DNA of 64,000 nt from Alphaproteobacteria bacterium (GTDB lineage Bacteria; Pseudomonadota; Alphaproteobacteria; Bin95): the NCBI GenBank assembly GCA_964291285.2, contig OZ219788.1, positions 1-64,000 of the forward strand. Reading direction: 5' to 3'. Within the stretch, counting starts at the first letter, position 1; each line of letters opens with the position of its first letter. Both the position numbers and the translations under genes were made by a program. The notes beneath the pieces were generated by a model, which made no database searches, was not told where the DNA came from, and saw only the letters and a list, made by a program, of their open reading frames with translations. Shown here piece after piece: positions 9,726-20,399 of this stretch.

Positions 9726-10847
9726 ATGGGCGACATTCCGGAAGACTATCCACTCCGGGTCAAGGACTTGCGTGGGCGGTTGGGGCTTACGCAGGCGCAG
9801 ATGGCGGAGCGCGTCGGCGTGTCGTTCGCGACAGTGAACCGCTGGGAGAACAGCCAGTCCAGGCCCGGGCGCCTGGCGTGGCGCGGGATCGTCGATCTGG
9901 AAGCCGAGGTCCGGCACTTGACCCGGCCGGCCGAGCCGCCCGCCGCTTCGGCGACGCCAACACTCGACTTTGGCTCCGAGCCGGCAGCGGTGGCTGCCGT
10001 TGCGGCGGCGACGCGGCTCGCCTACGGCCACCTGTCCAACCCGGCTTTCGCCAGCGAGATATCCTCGATCGACCCGTTGCCGCACCAGCGTATCGCCGTC
10101 TACGAGCACATGATCGGCCAGTCTCCGCTGCGGTTTCTCCTTGCCGACGACGCCGGCGCCGGAAAGACGATCATGACGGGGCTGTATCTCCGCGAGATGC
10201 TCGTGCGCCGGCTGATAACCCGTGTGCTTGTGGCGGCGCCGGCCGGACTGGTGGGCAACTGGGAACGCGAGATGCGCATGCTGTTCCGCCTCCCCTTCCG
10301 CATCGTGCGCGGCACCGACGCCCGCGCCGGGAACCCGTTCGCCGGACCGGGGAGCGACCGCATCGTCGTCAGCATCGACACGCTTGTCGGCGAGCGCATG
10401 TTCGGGCGCCTTCGCGAGGCGATGGAATCGGGTGCCGCGCGTCCCTACGACCTCGTGGTGTTTGACGAGGCCCACAAGCTGGCCGCCGCCCGCGAGCAGG
10501 ATTTCCGAGTCCGCAAGACCGACCGCTACCGCCTCGCCGAAGCTCTGGCCGGCCTGCCCGTAGACTGTGCGCGCTGGCGCCTGGGCTGGTCGGCGCCGAA
10601 CATCCTGCTGCTGACCGCGACGCCGCACATGGGCAAGGATTTCCCCTACTACTGCCTGTGGCGCCTGCTCGCGCCGGACGCGCTGGCGACCTTCGAGGCG
10701 TTCGCGGACTTCCCCGAAGCGCAGCGCCGCCGCCACTTCATCCGCCGCACCAAGGAAGAGATGGTCCACGCCGACGGCCGACCCTTCTACCCGCAACGCA
10801 AGTGCGACGGCTTGGAACAATCTTGTCGTGGCCCGTCTTTGCAGTAA
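9726..10847 (+). pseudogene. XRE-HTH + SNF2-type helicase, truncated after the DEAH domain
   Basis: LGLTQAQMAERVGVSFATVNRWEN; LLADDAGAGKT, VFDEAHK and LLTATPH motifs. Homology appears to stop near 10808 with no HELICc domain. Confidence 0.85.
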
Positions 10848-11226
10848 CCAGGGCATGTAACCTTTATGCCGGCCGCAGGCTCCCTTCCCCCGGAACCCGC
10901 AGCCTATACACTGCTGTCACCGGCGTTTGTCTGGTTTGCCTGCCATGGCCCGCGCCATCGCCTTCCCGATGCATTCCACGGCGGCTTCGATCTCGCAGTC
11001 GACGAGATGGGCGAGCGCAATGTCATCCACACCGGTACCGCCGGCACCACGCCCGCCATGCGGCCCGGCAGCCATCTTGCCGATGGCAGGATGTCCGGCT
11101 GCCGGGCTGTCGGGCGCGGCGCGTGTTGAAACCGGCCTGCGGACGGGTTATGGGTTGCACCGGCGGGTTCGCTGCGGCCGTGCGGGCGCGGCGCAGGTTT
11201 GGAATTCGGGACGGGAGGATGAGGTC

Positions 11227-12440
11227 ATGACGCGGACGCCGGGCGATGTCGGAATGCATGACCTGCGGCTCTTCGGGCGGAGCGTGAGCGCCTCACGCGC
11301 GCGTGAACCCGAACTCGTTGTACCCCCCCCCCCCCCCCTCAAGAGTCAGGGCGCGGGGCTGAGCCGGTGGGCGCCCCCGGGAGAACCGCCCGCCGCCTGA
11401 AGGCGGGACTCGCTGCCCTCTTCCTCATCGCGCTGGCCGCCGCCCTCGCGCCCCAGGACGCGCACGCACAGGTGAAGCCGGCGCTTACGGCAACCGCGGG
11501 TGTCGGCAGTGTCACACTCACTTGGACTCGTACCGGCAACACTGGATTTGGATATTGGGTTTACCGACAGGGGGTCACCGGAGGAGGTTACGGCGACTGG
11601 ATCGATATACCGGGCGGCGCCACCATCAGAACCCACACGGTCACAGGGTTGACCGCCGGCACCTCCTATACCTTCCAGGTGGCAAGGGCGGAAGGTACCG
11701 GTCTTAACTTTTCCGTCTTCGCTAGTGGGGGAGGGTACTCGAACGGGGCCACGGCGACGCCAACGGCGGCCGCTTCCACCAAGACGATCACCTTGTCGGT
11801 GGCATCGGCCTCGATCACCGAGGGCAACTCCGGCTTTACGGACGTGACGGTGACCGCCACGCTCGGCGAGGGAGCGCCGGCGGCGGATCCGGATTTGGGG
11901 ATTTTTTCGATCAGCCTTCTTTCTGCCTCTCCCTCCGGCACGGCCACAGGCTCCGTCAAGGGGGCGAATCCCTGCACGGCGCCGCTGAACCCGGCGGACA
12001 CCGACTGGTGCCATCCGGACGGGGCCAACATCACCTTCGCCGAAGGCGAGATTACGGGCACGAAGAAAGTGCGCATTCTCGGCGACACCCGGGACGAGCC
12101 GAACGAGACCATCAAGCTCGTTTCTTCGGCTGTGGGGTCTGGCTGGACAAACGGCTCCCTCACCCTGACCATCGTGGACGACGACGATCCCCCCACCGTC
12201 CTGAAGCCCCCGACAGGACTGACGGTTGTTCCCGGTCCGGACCGTCTGTATCTGAGTTGGACGGCCCCCACGGACAGCAACAGGACCGGCTGGCGTGTGC
12301 GCCATGGTCAGGCGGGAACGTCAGGGACCACTTGGAACGATTGGAGTGCCATCAGCGGTGCCGGCACCACCAGCCACACGATCACCGGGTTAAGTACGAA
12401 CTATACCTACTACGTGGAACTTCAGGCCACCGACAGCAGC
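11227..12440 (+). pseudogene. Secreted FN3/Calx-beta-like protein A (leader out of frame at poly-C; 3' truncated)
   Basis: GGAGG + ATG at 11227 (MTRTPGDVGMHDLRLF...), C16 tract, signal peptide ...QDAHAQ, then FN3, Calx-beta-like and FN3 domains. Joins the antisense of the dcm fragment near 12440. Confidence 0.75.
11323..11338 (+). repeat. Poly-C16 tract in the leader coding region
   Basis: Counted directly; C17 or C14 would fuse ATG 11227 to the FN3 frame. Confidence 0.85.
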
Positions 12441-12583
12441 GTGCGATGTGCCGTTGGCTCCATTTCGACGGAGAGGATGACATCGAACCGAGGCCGACCG
12501 AGAGGATCCCTGAAGGAAGCGAAGCCCTCGGCAAGGCCACCGGGTCCGGAGAAAAGGTCGACAACTGGTACCGGATCGGCCAT
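12422..12583 (-). pseudogene. dcm: DNA cytosine-5 methyltransferase N-terminal fragment
   Basis: MADPVPVVDLFSGPGGLAEGF...LSVEMEPTAHRTL (motifs I-II only); divergent from vsr. Confidence 0.85.
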
Positions 12584-12846
12584 CGCTGGGCGGCTACCGA
12601 GCGACTGGTTGCATGTCATTCGCCGGGCGGACCGGCGCGGAATCGTGAACCGCGTGTGTTAAACCGAGTTCGCCGTTGCGGGTGGTGCATGGGAGTGTCA
12701 TCAGGCGCCTTGCCAAGCGTCTTCGAATGACCGGACTCGACCTGAACCACCGATCGCAGGAAACCGGCGTTTCCCTTGCTTGCCTCGAGGATGTGCCGTG
12801 AAATGGACAAGCTGTCTCACTTTTCCCTCGTGTTGCAGGTCATGGC

Positions 12847-13335
12847 ATGACCGACATAGTCGATCGGGCGATCCGATCACGCATGATGGCAGGAATTGGC
12901 GGAAGGAACACGAAGCCGGAACTGATCCTCCGCCGCGCCCTGCACGCGCGCGGCCTCAGATATCGTCTTCACGACCGGAACCTCCCCGGGACGCCGGATC
13001 TGGTCTTTCGTCGGTTCGGCGCTGTCTGTTTCGTGCATGGCTGCTTCTGGCACCGTCATGAAGAATGCCCTCATGCTACCGATCCTGCGACTCGGAGGAA
13101 TTTCTGGCAAGAGAAGTTCAGGGCCAACGTGATGCGGGACCGCCGCGCCAGGGAAGCCCTGCTGGCGGCAAGGTGGCGGGTGGCAGTTGTTTGGGAATGC
13201 GCGTTGCGCGGCTCTCGTTCGCAGAGTACGGCAGCGGCCCTCCACCGGTGGCTTCATGGTACCGAACGCGAATTCGAGACGAACCTCGAACGCCATGGTG
13301 ACGACCCTCGCCAAGACCTTCGCGGCACCTTCTGA
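12847..13335 (+). CDS. vsr: Very-short-patch repair endonuclease
   Basis: MTDIVD...RSRMMAGI...NTKPEL...LPGTPD...FVHGCFWHRH...VVWEC. Confidence 0.93.
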   Translation: MTDIVDRAIRSRMMAGIGGRNTKPELILRRALHARGLRYRLHDRNLPGTPDLVFRRFGAVCFVHGCFWHRHEECPHATDPATRRNFWQEKFRANVMRDRRAREALLAARWRVAVVWECALRGSRSQSTAAALHRWLHGTEREFETNLERHGDDPRQDLRGTF

Positions 13336-13394
13336 TACCAACCGCGCCTAACCGACCTCGACTGCGCGCGACTGGTGCATTGGCCGCTACTGTC

Positions 13395-14396
13395 TCAGTG
13401 CCCGGACCTGGCCGCCAGCACTTCTTCGAGGCTCGACGCCACCAGCACCGCCTCCGCCCAAGCCTCCAGTTCGATGGCCGACGCGCCACGGACCCGCTCG
13501 CGGACCGCACCCGGCACATCACCGAAGCGCAACGCCAGTTGGCGAAGAAGAAGTTCTGCCAAGGCCTCTATCCGGCCTTCGCTCCGGCCCCGTTCGATTC
13601 CCTTCTCGATTCCTTCGGCTCTTCCCTTCTCGATCCCCTGTTCGATCCAGGCTTGCGCGACCGTTCCCATCAGCGCCTCCCAGCGGTCCGGCTTCGTCCG
13701 GCGCAGCGACGCCTCCAGCAATGGCGGCGTCAGGTTCATGCGCTCGGCAATGTAGCGCACAATATGACGCTCGAACGCGCTCCCCGCAACCGGCCCGCCC
13801 GTCATCTCGTCCAGAAGATCGGGCGGTATCTCCTCGGCATGGACGACCCTGAGCGCCAGAAGCCCGGCCCGCACCTCGGGCGAGGCCGACAGCCGGTGGG
13901 GCGCAATCTCCCCCAGATCGTGCACCACACAGGCAAACTCCCTGACGAACGGCTCCAGCTCCCCGGGTGCGTCGATCATCCCCGGCACCGAGAGTGGCGC
14001 CGTCCAGCGACCCCTGCCGTGGTAGAAGACCAGCGGGATGATCGCCGGCAGCCTGTCCCCGGCAGTGCCGTCCTCTATCTCGCGGCGCCAGATGTTGACC
14101 ATGTATTTCAGGAGCTGGAGCGGCGTGTCGGCATCGACGCGGCTCTTGTGTTCGAGGAGCACATAGAGGCGCGCATCGTGGCCGCTCCTCAGCCTGACCC
14201 GGAAGAGCGCATCGCACTGGGTCCGCGCGGCGTCCTCGTCGACGAAACTGCCCTCGACCGCCTCGGGCGGGGCCTCGGGGTCGAGGAGGGCGGCGACCTC
14301 TTGCGGCAGGTATTCCGCGAGCAGCGAAGCGGCGCGGGCCGGCTCGGAGACCAGCGCCCGGAACAGTGCATCGTGCGGCGTCGCCGGAAGGCTCAC
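13395..14396 (-). CDS. Rpn/YhgA-family PD-(D/E)XK nuclease with C-terminal EKG repeats
   Basis: PHDALFR, SFVD, CDALF, YVLLEHKS, LPAIIPLVFYHG; tail EQGIEKGRAEGIEKG...LRFG...LEAWAE. Confidence 0.9.
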   Translation of the reverse strand: MSLPATPHDALFRALVSEPARAASLLAEYLPQEVAALLDPEAPPEAVEGSFVDEDAARTQCDALFRVRLRSGHDARLYVLLEHKSRVDADTPLQLLKYMVNIWRREIEDGTAGDRLPAIIPLVFYHGRGRWTAPLSVPGMIDAPGELEPFVREFACVVHDLGEIAPHRLSASPEVRAGLLALRVVHAEEIPPDLLDEMTGGPVAGSAFERHIVRYIAERMNLTPPLLEASLRRTKPDRWEALMGTVAQAWIEQGIEKGRAEGIEKGIERGRSEGRIEALAELLLRQLALRFGDVPGAVRERVRGASAIELEAWAEAVLVASSLEEVLAARSGH

Positions 14397-14654
14397 CGGG
14401 AAAGACCTCCGGCATCGTCTCCGGGAGGCTCCCGACGGACAGTCTGCTCACCGGCCGGGAGAGGAAGGACATTCGACATGGCGGCACCCTATGCCGGACA
14501 ACATCGGCTCCGCAATCGCTGGCGCCTGTCCACGAGAATATCGGCGGCAATGCTGTCGGAGACGCGGACGGCCGACCCGTGCGGAGCGAAGGAACGAGGT
14601 TCCGTTCCCGGCATCGAAACCGGTGATGTTCGGCCGGAATCCTGACAACTGATA

Positions 14655-15890
14655 CCAAGCGCGGTTCGAATTGACTCATTGTTCCAACATGTTGTGTTGA
14701 GGTGAGGTGTTGAGGTGAGGTGCCGGACAACGTTGATAGAGTGATGTCAGGCAGTCTTGGGGTTGGAGGATGATGATGGGTGCGGCGACGCCGATAACCT
14801 GGACGGAGCATGGATCGGACGATCTCCATGATCTGGCGAAGCGCTGCGGTGAGGCGAAGCAAGCCTGTCGGGCTCGTGCGATCGCGATGATCATGGATGG
14901 GGCGTCGCGCACGGAGGCGGCGCGGGCGCAGGGCATGGAGCTTCAAGTTCTGCGCGACTGGGTGCTGCGCTACAATGCGGAGGGGTTCGAGGGGCTTGCG
15001 GATCGTCCTCGCGGGGGCAGCGATGGTCGGTTGACGGAGGCTCGGATTGCCGAGATCGGGTTGTGGGTCGAGGCGGGTCCCGATCTTGAGCGGGACGGTG
15101 TCACGCGCTGGCGGGTTCAGGACATCATACGGAAAATCGAGGAGGCCTTCGGGGTCATTTATACGGAGAGCGGCGCCCGTATGATGCTCCGAAGGGCCGG
15201 GTTTCGTTTTGTCTCGGGACGGCCGGTCCACCCCAGGGCCGACGCGGAGCGGCAGGGGGCGTTCGTGGCGGACTTCGAGGCAAGGGTGACGTCGATGCTC
15301 AGTTCCGAGGCGCTGGCGGGCCCGATCGAAATCTGGTTCCAGGACGAGGCGCGCATCGGCCAGAAAGGGATGACGACGCGCGTCTGGGCGCGCGGGAGGC
15401 AACGTCCGCGCATCGTGCGCGACCATCGCTATGGCTATGTCTATCTGTTCGGCGCCACCTGCGCACAGCGCGGCGTCGGCATCGCCCATGTGGCGGACAG
15501 GGCGAACACGGCGGCGATGAACGAGCATCTGGCGGCGATCGGCGCGGCCGTGGCGCCGGGTGCGCACGGCGTGGTCATACTGGACGGGGCAGGCTGGCAT
15601 CGCTCGGGCGACCTTCTCGTCCCCCCCCCAATCTGACGCTCCTGCATCTGCCGCCATACAGTCCGGAACTCAATCCCATGGAGCAGATCATACTGGTCCT
15701 GAAATCGAACCGCTTCGCCAACCGTGTGTTCAAGGATGTCGCCGCCCTGAGAGAAGCCTGCCGGACGGCATGGCAATGGCTCATCGAGCAACCCGACATC
15801 ATCACCAAAACAACCCGGCGAAGCTGGGCCGTCGCACCATCGTGACGATCCCCACGACCCAATACATCGGTCTATATGACTTGCGGTTGG
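14655..15890 (+). mobile_element. IS630-family element
   Basis: TA|CCAAGCGC ... GCGGTTGG|TA ends with TA duplication at 14653-14654 and 15891-15892. Confidence 0.8.
14770..15845 (+). pseudogene. IS630 transposase, frameshifted at a C9 run (15621-15629)
   Basis: HTH, WFQDEARIGQKG, ILDGAGWH; LPPYSPELNPME continues in another frame. Confidence 0.85.
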
Positions 15891-15978
15891 TATGACCCCC
15901 GGCACCGCGCACATCCCGGACGCACATCCCGGTTCCGTGAGACGGCAAGAGGAGGTGGCGAGGCTCGGCCTCCCATGC

Positions 15979-18900
15979 CTACAAGCCGAGGTCCATCTCG
16001 CGCCCCTTCGTCTTCGCCGGTGGTTCGGGTCCGGGCGCCTCGGGGCCGGCGGCGCGGTCCGGCGCCGCCTTCTCCCGGGCGACCTTTTCATTGCGCTCCC
16101 GGGCGGCTTCGGCTCGCCGGATGAGGGGGTCTTCCTGCCGGTCGCGGTTGCGTTCCCTGCCATCGGGCGCCGCTTCCCGGCCCGCCTCGCGCTCCCGGCG
16201 CAGCTCCTCGCCGATGCCCTCCAGCGCCGAGATGCGCTCGCCGGTAACCGCTTCGAGGCGTTCTTTCAGCGCCTGCGCGTCGTCGGTCACGAGCTCCGCC
16301 CGGTCGCGGGCGCGCGATATCTCGACATAGAACGCCCTGGCCGTGGTCAGCGTCGGGTGATTGGCCTCCATCGCCGCGATCACATTGTCGACCGTGCGGC
16401 CCTGGAAGGCATGCACGGTCGAGCACCAGGCATGGTCGAGATGGCGGAGTTGCGGCTCGCCCGGGGTGAGGGTGAGCCTGCGCCCGTCCTCCAGCCTGAA
16501 CGTCACCCGGCCGTTGCGGATGCCGAGCACTTCGGCATTGCCGCTGTTGACCAGTCCGAGGCCCTTGTCGTTGCGCGTCCAGCGGATGCGGTCGCCCGCG
16601 CGAAGCTCGATGCCCTCGCGGCGGTAGACCTCCGTTCCGCCCCGCCGTCCGCCGATTTCGGAGGGCTTCCAGGCGACGGTCCCGCCGCCCGGCGCTTCGA
16701 GCAGGACGGTTCCGTTCCTGCGTTCGACGCCGGCAACGCGGCGTTCCTCGCCCCTGGCGACGCCGAGCCGCTTGTAGGGGCGGTGGAAGGCGACGACATC
16801 GCCCGGCGCATAGTTGGCCGCGAGCGACTTCTCCGCACCGGTGTAGCCCTTCGAGACCAGACGCCCGGTCTCCATGGCGGGACCCGAGATACGGCCCTCG
16901 CGCACCAGGCGCTCCCGGATATGCGCGTTGATGGCCTCGCGCAGTTCGTGGCTCGGGGCCATCACCCCGGTGCGCCCGCGCTCGTCATGCGAGAGCTTCA
17001 GCCAGCGCGCCGCGACCGCGCCGGCGATGTTGTCGGCCTTCACCTCGGCGACATCGGAACCCAGCTTCCCGAAGGCCCGGGACATGTCGCCTGCGAGGCT
17101 CGCCTCGACGGCGGCCTTCAGGTCCGCGTCGCGCTGGCGCAGGATTTCGTCCATCACCGCCGTTTTCATGCCGGCGGCCTGAAGCTGGGCGAAGGGTTTG
17201 CCGGCATCGACCGCACCGAGCTGCTTCGCATCGCCCACCAGCACCAGCTTCGGCACGCGCAGCACACCCGCGATGCGGAGCAGGTCGCGCGCCTGGACGG
17301 TCGAGGCCAGCGAGCCCTCGTCGACCACCAGCACCGTCTTCGCGAACGCCGTGCGCATGTCTTTCGCGCCCTTCCCGGTCAGCCTGCCCCCGGCGACGCC
17401 CGCATTGCGCGCGAGGAAGCGTTGCAGGGTCTCCGAGGCGATGCCGGATTCCCGGCTCAGCGTATGCGCGGCCGAGGCCGAGGGCGCGAGCCCCATCATG
17501 CGCCAGCCCTTCTTCTCCGCCAGCGTCCTGGCGCGCGCGAGCATCTTCGTCTTCCCCGTGCCCGCATACCCCTGGACCCCCACCGTGCGATCCTTCTCCG
17601 ACAGGATGAGCCTGACCGCCTGTTTCTGCCCGGCGGTGAGCGGCCCCTTGCGCAGGTGGCGCTCGACCATCCAGCCCCGCATCGGCGCCTTGCCGCGCCG
17701 CTCCCCGCCGCGCATCAGCGCGACCGTCTCGCGCTCCTCGGCCACCGCCCTGTCGGTGGTCAATCCGCCGCCGCCCTCCAGCGCCGGCGCATCGTGCAGC
17801 CGGCCCGCGCGCTTGAGGCCGGCAACCGCCCGCTCGATAGCGCCGACGGACGCCGCGCCGGGATCGAAGGCGAGCGCGGCCGCGAGCAGGTCGGTGGTGG
17901 AGAACACCGCGTCGCGCTCCGAGAGATGGGCGAGCGCCCAGTCCACCGCCGCGCGCGCGGGGTCGGCCCGCGCGGCATGTTCGAACAGGTCCGGCTGGCG
18001 CGGCGGGAGAGGAGGACCGCCCTTGCCCGGTTCGGCGGCGCGCGCCTTCTCCGCCCCGTGGCGCTCCAACGCCGAGGCCGCCAGCCCCTTCGCGTCGAAG
18101 CCGAGCGCGGCGGCCTGCCCGGCCCAGGTCTCGCGCAGCGCCTCGCGGTCGACCTCGCGCCTGGCCGCGCGCGTCATCAGCGCCGCCCGCCGGGCCAGAT
18201 GCGGGTTCTCCCCCGTCGTGCCCAGCCCCCGGCCCTCCATCGCCGCCTCGATCTCCGCGCGCCGCGTGGAGAAGGCGTCGATGACCTCGCGCGAGACGCC
18301 GGCGATCTCGAACCGCCCGTCGGCGTGGGTCTTCCCTACAGTATAGCCGAGCTTCCCGAGTTCGCCGGCCAGCGCGTTGCGGTAGAGCGCCCCCAGCGCC
18401 ATCTTCGAGGCGTAGAGCCGCTCGTTGGCCATGGTGCGCCAGCGCCCGTCTTCGCCCTGCACCATGTTGGCGATCACCGAGTGCGTGTGCAGCGCGGGAT
18501 CGAGGTTCCGGGACGTATCGTGCCGGAACGTGGCGACCACCGTCTTCTGAGCGCCGGCCCGAACCATGCACCCGCCCGCCGGGTCCTGCATCCGGGTCTC
18601 GGCGGCGTTCCTCTCGAACCAGGCGAGCGCGCCCGCCACCGCGCGGTCGTGCGCCTCCACGATCCGCCCGTCGCCGCCGACCAGGGCGGCCAGGGACACG
18701 CTCTTCGGCGCGCTGAATGTGAGGTCCCGGCCGGGGCGGTGATGGATCTCGCCGTCCTTGCCGCGCTTGCCGAGGCGTTTGCCCGAGCCGTCCGGGACCT
18801 CGCCCTCCAGCACCGCGCGAAAGGTGTCCGGGGCCACCGGGCCTTCGAGCCCCAGCGCCGCCGCGCCCTTGCCCGCCCAAGCGCTCGCCGCACGATGCTC

Positions 18901-18987
18901 GTCGGACTCCTTCGCATAGTAGGAGTCCTTCTCGTAGTAGCTCACCCCCTGTGCGGGCGAGGCCACCGCGCCGATCGAGGCGACCAT
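15979..18987 (-). CDS. trwC: MobF relaxase-helicase (TrwC/TraI)
   Basis: N-terminal YY..D.YY, DLTFSAPKSVS, HDTSR..DP.LHTH (HUH), GYAGTGKT, VDEGSL, TVHAFQG and YVEISRAR motifs. Confidence 0.95.
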   Translation of the reverse strand: MVASIGAVASPAQGVSYYEKDSYYAKESDEHRAASAWAGKGAAALGLEGPVAPDTFRAVLEGEVPDGSGKRLGKRGKDGEIHHRPGRDLTFSAPKSVSLAALVGGDGRIVEAHDRAVAGALAWFERNAAETRMQDPAGGCMVRAGAQKTVVATFRHDTSRNLDPALHTHSVIANMVQGEDGRWRTMANERLYASKMALGALYRNALAGELGKLGYTVGKTHADGRFEIAGVSREVIDAFSTRRAEIEAAMEGRGLGTTGENPHLARRAALMTRAARREVDREALRETWAGQAAALGFDAKGLAASALERHGAEKARAAEPGKGGPPLPPRQPDLFEHAARADPARAAVDWALAHLSERDAVFSTTDLLAAALAFDPGAASVGAIERAVAGLKRAGRLHDAPALEGGGGLTTDRAVAEERETVALMRGGERRGKAPMRGWMVERHLRKGPLTAGQKQAVRLILSEKDRTVGVQGYAGTGKTKMLARARTLAEKKGWRMMGLAPSASAAHTLSRESGIASETLQRFLARNAGVAGGRLTGKGAKDMRTAFAKTVLVVDEGSLASTVQARDLLRIAGVLRVPKLVLVGDAKQLGAVDAGKPFAQLQAAGMKTAVMDEILRQRDADLKAAVEASLAGDMSRAFGKLGSDVAEVKADNIAGAVAARWLKLSHDERGRTGVMAPSHELREAINAHIRERLVREGRISGPAMETGRLVSKGYTGAEKSLAANYAPGDVVAFHRPYKRLGVARGEERRVAGVERRNGTVLLEAPGGGTVAWKPSEIGGRRGGTEVYRREGIELRAGDRIRWTRNDKGLGLVNSGNAEVLGIRNGRVTFRLEDGRRLTLTPGEPQLRHLDHAWCSTVHAFQGRTVDNVIAAMEANHPTLTTARAFYVEISRARDRAELVTDDAQALKERLEAVTGERISALEGIGEELRREREAGREAAPDGRERNRDRQEDPLIRRAEAARERNEKVAREKAAPDRAAGPEAPGPEPPAKTKGREMDLGL

Positions 18988-19616
18988 CAGAACCAGCGCC
19001 CGCGCAGGCGGGCGGGCGGCAGATACGCATCTTCGGGCTCCGCCTCGGCGGGCGGGCCGGGCGAGGGGACGGTCGCGGTCGAGCGGGACCCGCCCCCCGG
19101 CGCGCCGGGCAGGGCGGCGCGTCCCGGTTCCGCGGAGGGCGTTACCGGCGCCGGTGTCGTGCGTCGCGGCGCCCGGTATGCGGGGAGCGCCCCGTCCTCG
19201 ATGAAGCCGGGCCGCCGTGCCGGCGCCCCCGATACTCCCGCCGGCTCGTGCCGCGCCAGGTTCAGCAGGCCCGCCAGCGCGAACACCACCGCGAAGCCCG
19301 CGCCTGCGCCAAGCAGGAGGTTGTCCCCGATGACGGTCAGGATGAGGCGCCGCGACCCCAGCGCCCCCGGGTAGGTCGCCACCCCGTCACGGAGCCACGT
19401 CACGGTCCTGCCGTCCGCCAAGCGGTACTCCATCGCCGCGCGCCCGTCAAAGCCGACCGCGATCAGCGCTTCGGCCACGGTCACCTTGCGCGCGGCATAC
19501 CAGTCGTGGGCACCGGTGTAGCGCAACGCCGCCAGCGAGGGCAGCAGCAGCGCCATCGGGGCCGCCCCCAGCACCCCCAGAACCAGCGCCCGGCGCAGCC
19601 GGTCGAAGTCGATCAT
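18987..19616 (-). CDS. Two-TM membrane protein resembling a coupling-protein (TrwB/TraD) N-terminus, no ATPase
   Basis: MIDFDRLRRALVLG...; two hydrophobic segments; stop overlaps the relaxase start; no Walker motifs. Confidence 0.5.
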   Translation of the reverse strand: MIDFDRLRRALVLGVLGAAPMALLLPSLAALRYTGAHDWYAARKVTVAEALIAVGFDGRAAMEYRLADGRTVTWLRDGVATYPGALGSRRLILTVIGDNLLLGAGAGFAVVFALAGLLNLARHEPAGVSGAPARRPGFIEDGALPAYRAPRRTTPAPVTPSAEPGRAALPGAPGGGSRSTATVPSPGPPAEAEPEDAYLPPARLRGRWF

Positions 19617-20006
19617 CGGCCCCGGTTCCGGAGCCGGCGCCGTATGTCCGGACAGGCGCGGCGGCACCCGGCAGTCCCGTCGGAAAGGGCATCCGGGCGG
19701 GCGCGATGGAGGGTATCGGGCACGGCCATGGATACAAGGATAGGTCCGCCGAAAAGCCCTGCAACCCGTTGTCAATAGGGGATTTCCTGCGAATCATGCT
19801 CCAGGGGTCCCGGAGGGGCGCGTGGCGTCGAATGTCCCCGAAAAAATCTCGTCCGAGCCGCGCGACCGCTCCGAAACAGGCGGCCTCGACCGCGCCGGTG
19901 CCGGTATCGGCCCGCGTCTGCGGTCGGCCGGCGCACGCCGATCCACCCGGCCCTGGCACGTGCCGGTTTCAGCGCGCCGTGAGGCGATGGACCGGCCGAA
20001 GCCCGG

Positions 20007-20399
20007 TCAGCTCGTGCGGTCGAGAAACGCGCGTGGCGACAATATCCCGACCGGCCCGTAGCGCGGCTCCGTGAAGTCCCGCACATTGCCGGTGATCAGG
20101 ATCGCGCCGCCGGCCGCGGCGGTCGCCAGATAAACCTCGTCGTCGGGGTCGCGCAGGCCGAATGCGAGGTCCGCCGGCTCGACCGTGACCGCCAGACGCG
20201 CGATCTCCCGGATGACCAATTCCAGGGTTTCGCGGCAGGACGCTTGGGCGGGCCGAGCGGCAACCGTTTCGTATTCCGACAGGATGGGCGCGGACGGGAC
20301 GAGCTCGTGATCCCGCATCACCCTGTCGATCGCTTCGCGGCACGCGCCGTCGGTTCGCGCCGCCGCCACCACGACATTGCAATCCAGCACGACCTTCAT
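20007..20399 (-). CDS. PIN-domain toxin
   Basis: MKVVLDCNVVV...RDPDDEVYLATA...LITGN.RDF. Confidence 0.9.
   Translation of the reverse strand: MKVVLDCNVVVAAARTDGACREAIDRVMRDHELVPSAPILSEYETVAARPAQASCRETLELVIREIARLAVTVEPADLAFGLRDPDDEVYLATAAAGGAILITGNVRDFTEPRYGPVGILSPRAFLDRTS

Noticed and set aside
15621-15629. C9 run in the IS630 transposase as a phase-variation switch
   Set aside because: More simply a slippage mutation or homopolymer error; it also warns that the poly-C lengths elsewhere need read-level checking.
15892-19374. 1160-aa plus-strand ORF and similar long ORFs opposite real genes (e.g. 1436-3127, 44851-46689, 57833-60379)
   Set aside because: Shadow or antisense frames typical of high-GC DNA; no motifs, and they overlap well-supported genes.
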